A DNA stretch of 64,000 nucleotides from Candidatus Poribacteria bacterium (GCA_965198235.1 OZ240248.1:2432001-2496000), one strand, 5' to 3'. Positions 30,189 to 40,578 are shown, numbered from the stretch's first letter. Numbers and translations: made by a program. The notes: generated from the letters alone by a model not told the origin.

Positions 30189-31343
30189 ATGTACACGCCA
30201 AAATTAAAACGCCAACTACTGATAATTGGATCGCTGAGTCTACTCTTCTCTGTTGTCATTCCCGGTTTCGCGAATGAGAGCGTCTTGCAGATGCTTGAAA
30301 AGGATTTTCAGAGAGTCGTCACTGATGCACGTCCGGCAGTTGTAAAGGTTGTCGCGACGCAGGTGATGTCAGTACCACTTCCATCGAACACAGAAAAGTT
30401 GGCATTTACGCGTCAAAATATCGGTTCTGGTATTGTTATCGACACCGCTGGACACGTTGTGACAACCACTTTCGAGATGGAAACTCCGGGCAAGATTGAG
30501 GTTATCTTTAGCGATAAAAAGGTGTCTTCGGCAAAATTGATCGGCACTGATAGACTCACTGATATTGCTGTACTTCGGATTGCAAATATGCCGCGCGAAT
30601 CCGCACCACCAACGAATGCTGTCAAGCCAACAGCCCCTGGCGAATGGATCGAACTCGCGCCACCTCGTAAGTGGGGCGATTCTTCAAAAATTGATACCGG
30701 TTCTTGGGTGGTGACAATAGGGAGTACCTATGGACATAGCCCTATTGTCTCTTTCGGTGTTGTGGGAGGTTGGGACACCTTGCCTAATCAATTGTGTGGA
30801 GAATTAATTAAGATCAACGCGGCGGTTACACCCGGTAACAGTGGAGGGGCAGTTGTAAACACTTCAGGAGAGGTCGTTGGGATGATTCTGGCAGTCCTGA
30901 CGGAACCCACCCGCACTCATTCGCCTGCTGATGTGCTGTTCAATAAACAGGACGATATAGACATTACACAACTGTTTGTTCAATCGCCACTACTGGGAAT
31001 TCGTAATCAGGAAATCACCTTTGCTATCCCGATAGAGACAGTTCAGGCTGTTGCCAAAGAAATTATAGAACACGGAAAGGTCGCTCGTGGCTGGCTCGGT
31101 GTTGAAGTTGATGTCGGCGAGTTGGGGATCTTCGTTACGGGCGTGATTGAAAACAGTCCAGCACATAAAGGCGGACTTTTACCCAAAGATCTTATCCTCG
31201 AATTTAACGAAATCCCTGTCCACTCCTACGCCGAGTTGTTAAGATGCGTTGTCAGCAAGCGACCCGATACAGAAGTTCGGCTTAAGGTCGGTAGGAACGG
31301 TGCTGAACAACATTGTACCGTGATATTAGGTGAAAAGCGTTAA
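30189..31343 (+). CDS. HtrA/DegP-like trypsin-PDZ protein (catalytic His apparently absent)
   Basis: GSGIVID, TDIAVL, PGNSGG, RGWLGV PDZ; the usual TNxH reads TTTF. Confidence 0.88.
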   Translation: MYTPKLKRQLLIIGSLSLLFSVVIPGFANESVLQMLEKDFQRVVTDARPAVVKVVATQVMSVPLPSNTEKLAFTRQNIGSGIVIDTAGHVVTTTFEMETPGKIEVIFSDKKVSSAKLIGTDRLTDIAVLRIANMPRESAPPTNAVKPTAPGEWIELAPPRKWGDSSKIDTGSWVVTIGSTYGHSPIVSFGVVGGWDTLPNQLCGELIKINAAVTPGNSGGAVVNTSGEVVGMILAVLTEPTRTHSPADVLFNKQDDIDITQLFVQSPLLGIRNQEITFAIPIETVQAVAKEIIEHGKVARGWLGVEVDVGELGIFVTGVIENSPAHKGGLLPKDLILEFNEIPVHSYAELLRCVVSKRPDTEVRLKVGRNGAEQHCTVILGEKR

Positions 31344-32413
31344 CGAGTGACCCGGTTAAACTCAGTGAGGTAGGCTTCGGCGATATCGGGGTTTCCTTTG
31401 ATAATCAATAGATTCTCGCTATTGCGCTCCTCCGCGTTTTTGGAGAAGTTGTACGAACCTGTAATCACGGTCTTCTCATCGATAACAATTACCTTATGAT
31501 GCATAGTTCCCCTATTTCTATCCTGAACAACCGACATACCTGCTGCCTTCATCGGTTCATATTCAGAGTATCGACTAACTTGTCGTTCTTCAAACACACC
31601 CTGTACATCAATCCCTGATTCAAAGCGGTCCCGCATCGCACTGCCGAGTGCATCTTGCGTGAACGAAAACGCCATAAAATGAATCGACTTCTTGGCAGAT
31701 CCAATCTCCCTTAGAAGCGACGAAGCAATGTCGTTTTCTGGTGAAAAATAAGTGAATATCTGCGTCCCGTCACTGAGTGTCACTTTCGGATGCACAACAG
31801 ACGCGCCAGAAGATTTTTCAACCCGCATTTGCCGAAACAGCTCTCGGAACTCCTGCGTGAAGTTATACGCCAGCGGGACAGAATCAATGAATATTACGTT
31901 ATTCTTGTTTCTATAGGCGCCGTTATAAGTGATGTTATAGGAGCCGGTCCAGACGTACTGCTCATCAATCACAATGAATTTGTGGTGCATGTAACTGTCG
32001 GAATCTCCATCGTCGGCAACAGGGATACCAGCTTCCTGCAATCGTCCAATTTCCTCCTCATCACTGTTGTCCGTTTCAGTGACGACTCGTACCTGTACCC
32101 CGCGACGGTATGCTTTGATTAAGCCATCCGCTACCGGTGCAGAGTCCAAGTGATAGAGCGCGGCATCGACCCGCGATGCGGCAGTGGTAAGTTTCTCGAC
32201 GAGACGTTTCTCAAGGGAATAGTGGCTATCCCCGGCATCGGCTTCACTGAAGTAAACCTCCCACGCTACCACAGGAGGTCTGCTACCCTTGTAATGTCTA
32301 ATACCGATGCCGATTACAACTGCACAAAACAGGATGAGAAGGAGGGGTAGAAATTTAGAATTTCTCTTTTTGGGTGCTGTGTTAGCTTCAGGTGCACCCG
32401 AATCACTGTGCAT
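31340..32413 (-). CDS. Phospholipase D-family protein (two HKD motifs)
   Basis: MHHKFIVID...TGSYN and MHHKVIVID...TGSYN; N-terminal anchor. Confidence 0.92.
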   Translation of the reverse strand: MHSDSGAPEANTAPKKRNSKFLPLLLILFCAVVIGIGIRHYKGSRPPVVAWEVYFSEADAGDSHYSLEKRLVEKLTTAASRVDAALYHLDSAPVADGLIKAYRRGVQVRVVTETDNSDEEEIGRLQEAGIPVADDGDSDSYMHHKFIVIDEQYVWTGSYNITYNGAYRNKNNVIFIDSVPLAYNFTQEFRELFRQMRVEKSSGASVVHPKVTLSDGTQIFTYFSPENDIASSLLREIGSAKKSIHFMAFSFTQDALGSAMRDRFESGIDVQGVFEERQVSRYSEYEPMKAAGMSVVQDRNRGTMHHKVIVIDEKTVITGSYNFSKNAEERNSENLLIIKGNPDIAEAYLTEFNRVTR

Positions 32414-32469
32414 GTCCGCGGACCTCCGTAATGGCTTGTCAAAGTATCCCTAAAGGCGTGTTGATACGA

Positions 32470-33360
32470 TTAAACGCCCCATTTCTGCCGTGATGTTTCC
32501 AAGGATTCGATCTTTGCCTCGTCCTGCTTCCATGCGTAATGCCCCTTCGGTTTTTCACCAACCCACCGTTCGTCGATTGACTCAGCGGCAAGTTGGTAAC
32601 GGGTATCTGCTGTTATACGAATCTTATCAGACGTGTTAACGAGGGAAGCATGCATCAGAAACATGCTGAAAATAATAACATCACCCGCTGAAAACGTTGT
32701 CGTTGCCCAGCGTCCACCGAATTTCTCGACGATCTCAAGCGGTTTATCGCTGAAGTGTCCCTCAATCAGATCTCTGTCCACGTCTGACTGTCCGTAAGTC
32801 GCTCGAACCTTTTCAAATCGGTTGGAGCCGAGACAGAACACAATCGGACCCATGTCCAGCGACACATCGCCAAAGGGGGTCCAGCAGGAGTAGAGATTTT
32901 GCGTGCCTCTGCCCATAAAAACGATATCGTAATGTATCGGAGAGCCTGACCCGGGTCCTGCCGTGCGAAGCCATTTAAAATCGAACGTTCGGGCATCGCC
33001 GCCGAGGAATTGCTTGAAAAAGTTCATAATGGGTTCACCCTCAACGACTGCTTTGAATGCTGGCATCTGCGTCAATGCTTTGTTGCCCATTGAACCGGTT
33101 GACGTCGGTGCAGGGTAATCGGGATTGAAGATCCCGTCCATTAACGGTGTATCCGGTGCGAGCATCTCTTTTGCTGTGAGTTTCTCCAGAATCTGTCGAC
33201 GTGCCGTGAGAATCGCGTCCTTATCGTGTAATCCGCGGATCAAGAGATACCCGTCCGCTGCTATTCGCTCTTGCAAGGCATCGGGGTTGTCAAGGAGGTC
33301 GTTACTTTCTCGCAAATCGGTACTGACTTCTACTTCCTGATGCAAAAAAGGGAGTTTCAT
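32470..33360 (-). CDS. Phytanoyl-CoA dioxygenase (PhyH) family protein
   Basis: DGYLLIRG, IHYD, GDVIIF...HAS...R. Confidence 0.88.
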   Translation of the reverse strand: MKLPFLHQEVEVSTDLRESNDLLDNPDALQERIAADGYLLIRGLHDKDAILTARRQILEKLTAKEMLAPDTPLMDGIFNPDYPAPTSTGSMGNKALTQMPAFKAVVEGEPIMNFFKQFLGGDARTFDFKWLRTAGPGSGSPIHYDIVFMGRGTQNLYSCWTPFGDVSLDMGPIVFCLGSNRFEKVRATYGQSDVDRDLIEGHFSDKPLEIVEKFGGRWATTTFSAGDVIIFSMFLMHASLVNTSDKIRITADTRYQLAAESIDERWVGEKPKGHYAWKQDEAKIESLETSRQKWGV

Positions 33361-33481
33361 TTTTTTAATGTTCCTTGCGGTTCGTTTAGGAAGATTGTGG
33401 TATCAGAAGTTCTTTCCGTATATCCAGCCCGCCCGTTGGTTGGACTTACGGACTCTCACTATGGACTTTTTGATGGTTTTT

Positions 33482-35551
33482 CTAAACTTTTGATCGGGGC
33501 AGTTCTTTCAACCACGCAAGATTGAACCGATAATGTTGACGACTACTAATCAGGTGGATTATCCCATTCTGTCCTTGGCAAACCGCGAGGTAACCGCCGA
33601 GTTCGGCACTGTTTAACCCCATCGTAAAGGGGCGTCCATCCATCGTCTCAAGCTCCCGATCTTCTCCGTCATCTGTAATCAGACGGACATGTTCCCACGT
33701 TTCACCGTCGTCATAAGACAACGCGCCAAAGAGCCCGGTAACGAGGCGTTGGTTTTTTGGCGCAGCTTGCAAGCCAAAACTTGCTATAGAAAAGTCAGAG
33801 GCATCAACGATCGGCATTGAGGGCGGTGTCTTCCGCTCTCCTGTGAAGGTGGCGAGAAAAATCGGTCCTTCTTGAAGTCGTAGCAGAACGCATCGCTGTC
33901 CACCGGAAACGGGCGGGAATGGACTCGCACTGTAATGCCACGTTCTACCACCGTCTGAGGAGAGACTCTTCGGCATCCGACCGTTGATTGTATCACCTCT
34001 GCCGTAAGCCATCAACCTTCCATCTGTGAGTTCGACCACAGCGGCGTGGATGCCAGCGATCCATCCTCCCTGTTTTTCATCGGCAAATTCCGGGATGGGT
34101 TGTCCAGCTCCCGGATCGGACCATGTGTCACCATCATCTTCGCTGAGCCATATTGCGGTGCCGCCGTTACCACCACTCACTGCATCGCAGGCGAGGAGGA
34201 TAGAACCGTCCTGTCTTCGGAAAACCGAGGCAATCGGCATGTGCCGAAGGCAATGCTCTGGTGATATGAAGCGCGGTTTCGACCAAGTCGCACCGTTATC
34301 ATCGGAGTAACGGAGTACCAACGCTAAAGTCCCCCACGTTGCGGCAGCCGAGAGTCCATTGAAATGGTAAATTCGTCCATTCTCGTTTCGCCAAAGGGAG
34401 GTGGCGTGATTGTTCCGATCGGGCGGACCCCAGAAGGGTTCAGCTGGGTCCCATTCCGTTTCGCCAAAGCGCAATCGGCTTGCGGCGACCGTCAATTCGC
34501 GTCCCCGCTCCGTCACGCATGAATACCACGCCGCAAACATATCACCGTTCGGACATTCTACAATCGCCGGAACGTGATTATGTGCAGAAAAAAGTGGACC
34601 GTTTGAACCTTCAGGAATTTGAACGTAGGTGAGTGGTTCTGCAAAATAGGGGGATTCTGGCGCGGGTGCACGCATATTTTCCTGTTTGACATCACGACCC
34701 CATAATGACACTTTCGGTGCTGATATTGGAGAGGTCTGCGGCATCGCACCACAGACGACACGGAATCCGATGTACCAGTGCTTATCTTCTGACACCGCCC
34801 CTATGCGGTTGGCTGAGCGCAGATAACAGAGTAACGTCGAGTGACTGCCACCCCGTGTAACGCGATACAAACCCTCTTCCCTACCCACTGGATCTACTTG
34901 CGGATCCGGTTCGTAAGTCCCGTACCAATCTTGACACCACTCCTCTACGTTCCCGTGCATATCATGGACATCCCACGCGTTGGCGGTAGTGCGTCCGACG
35001 TGCAAAGGCACGATTTCTTCTGCGCCACGACTCCGCCCTGCATCCGGATACCAACTCTCTCCAACGTTTTTATGGAATTCAGGCGGGAGTGTATCGCCAG
35101 TATGAAAATGAGTTGTTGTCCCTGCCCGGCACACGTATTCCCACTCTGCTTCGGTTGGCAGTCGGTAGGGGAGACCTTCCTTTTCGGAGAGCCATTCGCA
35201 GAATCGCGTCGCATCGTGCCAGTCTACAAACACAACCGCTTCATCATCTTCTTTTGAAAAACCGGTGTTTTGAAGACTCTTCATCTCATGGTGTGTGGGA
35301 TCAAATGCCTCATACTGTGCATTCGTTACCTGAAAAATGCCGATATAGAACGGCGTGGTAAGGGTTACTTGATGTACGGGTTGTTCATCCCAATCACCGT
35401 CGCGGAGGTATGCTTTTCCGGCTGTCAATTCATCTGATAGCGCGGCGTTCTTTGAACCCATGCGAAAGGTCCCAGGTTCAATTCTAACGAACCGCATCCC
35501 TATTGAATTTGTATACATTTGACCTTCAATCGTTTTTTTTACTATGGTCAC
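33482..35551 (-). CDS. Formylglycine-generating enzyme (SUMF1) domain + BNR/sialidase domain protein
   Basis: RLPTEAEWEY, DMHGNVEEW, RGGS, GFRVV; Asp-box repeats SDDNGATWS, SSDGGRTW, SYDDGETW. Confidence 0.88.
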   Translation of the reverse strand: MTIVKKTIEGQMYTNSIGMRFVRIEPGTFRMGSKNAALSDELTAGKAYLRDGDWDEQPVHQVTLTTPFYIGIFQVTNAQYEAFDPTHHEMKSLQNTGFSKEDDEAVVFVDWHDATRFCEWLSEKEGLPYRLPTEAEWEYVCRAGTTTHFHTGDTLPPEFHKNVGESWYPDAGRSRGAEEIVPLHVGRTTANAWDVHDMHGNVEEWCQDWYGTYEPDPQVDPVGREEGLYRVTRGGSHSTLLCYLRSANRIGAVSEDKHWYIGFRVVCGAMPQTSPISAPKVSLWGRDVKQENMRAPAPESPYFAEPLTYVQIPEGSNGPLFSAHNHVPAIVECPNGDMFAAWYSCVTERGRELTVAASRLRFGETEWDPAEPFWGPPDRNNHATSLWRNENGRIYHFNGLSAAATWGTLALVLRYSDDNGATWSKPRFISPEHCLRHMPIASVFRRQDGSILLACDAVSGGNGGTAIWLSEDDGDTWSDPGAGQPIPEFADEKQGGWIAGIHAAVVELTDGRLMAYGRGDTINGRMPKSLSSDGGRTWHYSASPFPPVSGGQRCVLLRLQEGPIFLATFTGERKTPPSMPIVDASDFSIASFGLQAAPKNQRLVTGLFGALSYDDGETWEHVRLITDDGEDRELETMDGRPFTMGLNSAELGGYLAVCQGQNGIIHLISSRQHYRFNLAWLKELPRSKV

Positions 35552-35764
35552 CTGTTAACCCTCAACTCGTGCTTTAACATTTATAACGGAGGCGAGTTGA
35601 TGGTTAAATCGCTCCACTTCGTTCCGCGCTGGTTTTCGGTTAACGCGATTCGTTTTTGAAATGTAGATGATTTGCTGCTGGCGTTGCGTCCTAAATCATT
35701 TTCGCTGATGTTATTATATCAAATCGGACTGAATTTGTCCCTGAAAAAATATGATTGGTTATTA

Positions 35765-35922
35765 TAACCCAAGTTGCTACGGACAAGATTTTGGCATGCA
35801 AACATCGTTTTTCATTGAGGCGTGTTCATTATCTACGGAGGTTTCGAGCGTAAACTGTAAGTTTCCCCACTCACGGGAAACCCAATCTAACAGATTATGC
35901 TATGAAGGGCGCAACTTAGGTA
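35765..35922. mobile_element. Putative MITE-like element
   Basis: Inverted ends acccaagttgc / gcaacttaggt; the same left end tattataacccaagttgc recurs at 52713. Confidence 0.45.
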
Positions 35923-36024
35923 ATTTTAATGTGAGTTCAGTAATAAATGTCCGTGTTTTTGCTTAGGTATTCCCCAAGCTTGAGCTGAAGTGCCAACGCT
36001 TATTAGGGCCAAAATTCCGTAAAG

Positions 36025-36863
36025 TTAAGACAAGTTTTTTCGCTCAAACTCAATAGGTGTCAAATGGTTTCCTAACGCCGAATGAGGGCGTTTGTGATGA
36101 TACACCTGTGTGATAAAATGCCCGATGCGTGCGCTGGCATCGGTTATATCCTCATAATCATTGAGATGCACCTCCTCTTCTTTGAGGGTTCGGATGAGTC
36201 TTTCGGCATATCCGTTCTCCCAAGGGCGGCCTCTGTGTGCTAATGAAATCTCAATCCCATGATGGGTGAGGGTGGAGATATATGCACTTGAAAGATACTG
36301 CACGCCTTGATCGCTAGGGTGTATCTCTGGGACGCTATGGCGTAATGCCTGTTGTAGCGGTTTCAGCGTCAGAGATGTGTTCAAATGCGGGCTGATCTGC
36401 CACCCTCTTACCATGCGAGTGAAGACATCCATGAGCAGACAAACATAGACGAAGTGTCTATCGAGACGGACATACGTTATATCGCCAACCCAGACCTGAT
36501 CGCGTCTGCAGATGTCAAGAGCTTCGAGTCGATTCACCCCGGGCTTTGCACCTTCAAGCGATCTCGGGGTTTGACAGGCGCGTTTGACTGAAACCGACAG
36601 GTGCGCTGATTTCATCAAGCGGGCAACGCGGCGATATCCGACGGTGTATCCCAGACGCAACAGCATCTGTGTGATACGTCTATACCCATATTTCGGATAA
36701 CGCCCACATAACTTCTCTATTTCCTCTCGGAGGCCCTCTTGAGAAGGGTCGATTTTCGGCTCATAAGAGAGAAGGCTCCCGTGGAAACCCAGCGTCTCAG
36801 AAATCTGTCGAACTCAATAATCGTCCCGCAACGCCTCAACGAGGTTTCGCTTCTCAGACGCGG
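36025..36863 (-). pseudogene. IS3 OrfB (DDE integrase core) with early nonsense codon
   Basis: WVGDITY, SDQGVQY, WENGYAER...LKEE; upstream part reads RDDY*VRQ. Confidence 0.8.
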
Positions 36864-37154
36864 TTAGTTCAACCACGTCGAGGCTTTTTTTTCGATGTCT
36901 AACGCCACGGTCAACCGCCCAACGAACTGTTCAAGATGAGCAATCCGTTCCGCAGCAGCCTCAGTGGTTTTATCCCTCGATTCAAACACAGACGCTGCAT
37001 TTTCAAGGAGTTGCTGCTTCCACTTTGAGAGTTGGTCTTCGCTGAGGTTATACCGCCGACACAGTTCTGCTTGGGAACTTTCACCGCTGAGTGCCTCAAG
37101 AACAACTGTCGCTTTAAACTCGGGGGTGAAGTTTCTTCGTTTTCGTTTCGCCAT
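36864..37154 (-). CDS. IS3 OrfA (HTH)
   Basis: RRNFTPEFKATVVLEAL...LSKWKQQ. Confidence 0.88.
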   Translation of the reverse strand: MAKRKRRNFTPEFKATVVLEALSGESSQAELCRRYNLSEDQLSKWKQQLLENAASVFESRDKTTEAAAERIAHLEQFVGRLTVALDIEKKASTWLN

Positions 37155-37234
37155 CGGATGCTCCTTTCAGTGAGAGTGGTATTATACCACAATCTTGGTT
37201 TAGACTGTGGCCCTAATTTCCGATGGCAGTACAA

Positions 37235-37453
37235 CTCCGGACATACCTTCGCGCAGCGATCCAACGTCTCACACAGACACGCAGGCAGGTGTTTCTCCTC
37301 TACTACGCCCAGGACCTATCAATAAAATAGATTGCCACCCGCCTGAACCGCTCGGAAGGCACGATTAAAACGCATCTCCGCAACGCACGCCTCCAACTCC
37401 AAGAATATCTCACGCCTTACCTGAAAAATCAACACATTCCCTGGCTCGCATAG
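37235..37453 (+). pseudogene. ECF sigma factor region-4 remnant truncated by IS3
   Basis: Manual translation: LRAAIQRLTQTRRQVFLLYYAQDLSIK*IATRLNRSEGTIKTHLRNARLQL...*. Confidence 0.75.
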
Positions 37454-37487
37454 GACGATTTGGTTTTCGGTTTTCTTACCGTTTTAG

Positions 37488-37752
37488 GTAGGGCATCGCG
37501 ACCTAGAGGTCGCTCCTACCGGGATGAGTCGGGAATCGGAGTTCCCTCCTACCGTTAGCAGTCAGTTTTCATCAGCAGTCAGCAAGAATCGCGAGCACGG
37601 GGAAATCCGCAGAAACACTCTATCAAAAACTCCAAGCAAAAACACTCGCTCCTACAGAAAGCGCGCCGGTTTCCAAATGCTTTGCAGTGAGAACAAGCGT
37701 CGTGAATCGGAGGGTTTTTACTTGGATATTTCTGCGGATTTTCCCTCCCTAC
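37488..37752. repeat. Cluster of REP-like palindromes, two with A/C-module arrays in their loops
   Basis: atcgcgacctagaggtcgctcctac; gtcgggaatcggagttccctcctac; gcgag[module array]ctcgctcctac; ggaggg[rc module array]ccctccctac. Confidence 0.8.
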
Positions 37753-37789
37753 GGGAAAACTGAATGCCCTATTTTTTGATGAAATTTAC

Positions 37790-37818
37790 TTGCATTCTTA
37801 ACAGATTTATAGTATAAT
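37790..37818 (+). promoter_or_regulatory. Putative sigma70 promoter
   Basis: TTGCAT-17 nt-TATAAT upstream of MNT-HEPN gene. Confidence 0.55.
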
Positions 37819-37882
37819 TAATGATAGAAAGTTCCTGTTTTTTATCAAAATTTGAATTCCCCTTTCATTTTACACTTTAACG

Positions 37883-38653
37883 GTGACGCGCATGATTGAC
37901 AAACGAGACATTCAAGCCGCTTGTGATGACATCGTACGTGAATTCGCACCGCTACAAGTTATCCTCTTCGGTTCCTATGCCTACGGGACACCGACCGAGA
38001 CTTCGGATGTGGATCTGCTGGTGGTCGTGCCAACAGTCAGATCAGAACGGCACCGGCGAACTGTGGAAACCTCACAGCGTAACCCCTGTAACTTCAGCAT
38101 AGATCTGCTGGTGCGTTCACCTGAGGAGATCGCATATCGCCTTTCCCATAATGACTGGTTTCTTCGCGAGATCACTGAAAAAGGCGAAGTCCTTTATGAA
38201 GCCGCTAATTTTTTTATGGAGACCCCCGAAAAGGAAAAAACGGCTATGAACCCTTTGACGCTGGAATGGATGGGAAAAGCTGAAAAAGATTATGCTGCGG
38301 TTAAGTGGCTTCAGCAGGCACCCATACCAGATTACGATATTATATGCTTCCATATCCAACAGTGCATTGAAAAATGTCTCAAGGCATGGCTTCAAGAGGC
38401 GGGTGTCCTGATTCCCAGATCGCACGATTTAAAGGGATTGTTGGCGTTAATCGTCTCAACTGTTCCTATGTGGCAGACGTGGGAGCCAGACTTTTCGGAA
38501 ATTTCTAAACACGCAGTGGCGACTCGCTATCCCGGGGATTCAGCGACCGCGGACAATGCTGTGCATGCCATGCAGATCTGCGATCAGGTGAGGCACGCCA
38601 TTCGTGAACAGTTAAAACTACCGCCCGATGTCACAGTAGGAGAAACACAATGA
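37883..38653 (+). CDS. Fused minimal nucleotidyltransferase (MNT) - HEPN domain protein
   Basis: LFGSYAYG...SDVDLLV; then ICFHIQQCIEKCLKA...RSHDL...TRYPG. Confidence 0.88.
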   Translation: MTRMIDKRDIQAACDDIVREFAPLQVILFGSYAYGTPTETSDVDLLVVVPTVRSERHRRTVETSQRNPCNFSIDLLVRSPEEIAYRLSHNDWFLREITEKGEVLYEAANFFMETPEKEKTAMNPLTLEWMGKAEKDYAAVKWLQQAPIPDYDIICFHIQQCIEKCLKAWLQEAGVLIPRSHDLKGLLALIVSTVPMWQTWEPDFSEISKHAVATRYPGDSATADNAVHAMQICDQVRHAIREQLKLPPDVTVGETQ

Positions 38654-40578
38654 AAGCCCAAGACGTTATCGAAGAACAGTACCGCGAAGCCGTGGATATG
38701 CTTGTCAAGAAGGTTCAGAAGGATCCATACATCCTCGCCGCTATTGTTGCAGGCAGTTTCTCTTATGCCCAGGTATGGGAAAAATCGGATCTTGATGTGG
38801 AACTCATCGGCAGAGACGCGATTCGTCCGACGCAATCTTTCTTTTCGCTTGTTGAAAACGGGGTGAATATCCACGCGAATATAACCCCACGTAATGCTTT
38901 TAAGCAGACAATAGAGGGTGCGCAACAGGGTTCCTTTATGCACTCCTATTTCTCGCACAGCACGCTCCTCTTTTCGCACGATGCCTCTATCCAAGAGTGG
39001 TATGATAAAAACGCAAACCGCAACAACATCGGTGAGCGTGATAAGCAGCTCCAACTACTCAACGTCATCGCCAGCACACTGCCAAGCCTTGTCTATGCTG
39101 AAAAGCAGTTTTACGTCAACAAAGATTGCCTCACCTGTTTCCTATCAATTCTGAATGTAGTGCAAGGGTTAGCACGGTTGGAGGTGCTTTTGAACGGTGA
39201 AATCCCGGCACGGGAGGTGATTCAACCCGCCCTCCGTTACAATCCGGATTTCTTTAACCGGGTCTATACAGATTTAATCAACTGTGAAAAGACGGAAGCA
39301 GTCATTCAGGGGGCACTGGATGCAATTAACGTCTATCTTGATGCGCGGCAGTTTATCTTCCAACCGGTTCTTGATTATCTCATTGAGCAGAAAGCGCCGC
39401 GCACAAATACCGAATTGAACGCAGACCTGGGGCGTGGTTTGCCTGTCAATAGTGAAGGTGTTCCCGAATTTGATGACGAATCCTTAGATTTAGCCTGTCA
39501 GTGGCTGGCTTGGAAAGGGACTATCAGGCAAGTTGCGATGCCGATGAAACTCACAGTAAAAAGCCAGGTCCCTGTGGAAGAGCCTGCCTACTATTACGAC
39601 GGCACTAAAGTTGAACAGGGACAGATGCGTCTACAAGAGGACATCCACGCCCAGATTCACCGGGCAGTAGACAATTTAATGGACACACTCAGGGAGGACA
39701 TGTACATCCTCGCAGCGGTTCTCACCAGTAATCTCGCCGAAGACAACGTCTGGGAAAAAACGACACCTTACATCACACTCATCCTGAGAGATGGAACAAA
39801 ATTCGAACAGAAGGAGTATCAGTTAATCGAAGATGGCATTCCATTCCGGGTTCAACTCTACACCCGCAGTGAGTATAGAAAGTTGTTGGATGGGACGCTA
39901 CAAGGCAGTTCACTCCATTCAATTCTCGCGGAAAGCCGTGTCCTTTTTTCCAAAGACAGTCTCTTTTCTGTAGAGGGTCCTGCGAATTTCCGTGTGGGTG
40001 ATCCTTCCTGTCTACAGGTCGGTGAACGGGATAAACACTCTCAACTCCTCAACGCCGCAGCCAACGTGGCAGCCATACTCGCAAAAGCCGAAAAATGGTT
40101 CCACCTCAAGCACGATATAAATTACACGTTTCTCTACCTGACTTATGCAGTCAGGGAATTGGCACGTATTGAAGTTCTCATGCATGGCGAAACGCCGAGA
40201 CGCAAGATTATCTATCAAGCACTTGCGCACAACCCATCCTTTTTCAACGCCGTTTTCACGGATCTGATAGACAAGCAGAAAGACGAGGCAATGCTTCGTG
40301 AGGCACTTGAACAGGTCGATCAGTATTTAGAGGATAATCTGCAGATGCTATTCAAACCGCTGCTTGATTTCTTTGAGGAATCGGGCGAGGAACGCACGAT
40401 AACCGACATCTATACGCATTTCGGCAGGCGGCAACTCGCCTTTGAATTGGCGTGTGAGTGGCTTGCACAGAAAGAGATTATAGAACAGTTCTCAGCACCT
40501 ATCCGTTTGACAAAGGACAGCCAAACTTCCGTAGAGGAACCCGCATATTATTTTGACGCAAATAACCCCTTTCTATAG
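38650..40578 (+). CDS. Protein with two tandem nucleotidyltransferase-like repeats
   Basis: AGSFSYAQVWEKSDLD in repeat 1. Both halves share QGS..HS, GERDK..QLLN, LAR.EVL..GE and VEEPAYY.D. Confidence 0.8.
   Translation: MKAQDVIEEQYREAVDMLVKKVQKDPYILAAIVAGSFSYAQVWEKSDLDVELIGRDAIRPTQSFFSLVENGVNIHANITPRNAFKQTIEGAQQGSFMHSYFSHSTLLFSHDASIQEWYDKNANRNNIGERDKQLQLLNVIASTLPSLVYAEKQFYVNKDCLTCFLSILNVVQGLARLEVLLNGEIPAREVIQPALRYNPDFFNRVYTDLINCEKTEAVIQGALDAINVYLDARQFIFQPVLDYLIEQKAPRTNTELNADLGRGLPVNSEGVPEFDDESLDLACQWLAWKGTIRQVAMPMKLTVKSQVPVEEPAYYYDGTKVEQGQMRLQEDIHAQIHRAVDNLMDTLREDMYILAAVLTSNLAEDNVWEKTTPYITLILRDGTKFEQKEYQLIEDGIPFRVQLYTRSEYRKLLDGTLQGSSLHSILAESRVLFSKDSLFSVEGPANFRVGDPSCLQVGERDKHSQLLNAAANVAAILAKAEKWFHLKHDINYTFLYLTYAVRELARIEVLMHGETPRRKIIYQALAHNPSFFNAVFTDLIDKQKDEAMLREALEQVDQYLEDNLQMLFKPLLDFFEESGEERTITDIYTHFGRRQLAFELACEWLAQKEIIEQFSAPIRLTKDSQTSVEEPAYYFDANNPFL

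Larger units (their letters stand above)
35986..37233 (-). mobile_element. IS3-family insertion sequence, decayed
   Basis: TG...CA ends with TIRs tgaagtgccaacgcttattagggcca / (rc) tgtactgccatcggaaattagggcca; orfA plus orfB; no flanking direct repeat seen. Confidence 0.9.

Noticed and set aside
35751-35966. 71-aa ORF
   Set aside because: Coincides with the MITE-like repeat and has no protein features.
36800-36830. In-frame TGA in IS3 orfB as selenocysteine or programmed readthrough
   Set aside because: Not a redox motif position and no SECIS-like hairpin seen; most simply a nonsense mutation.
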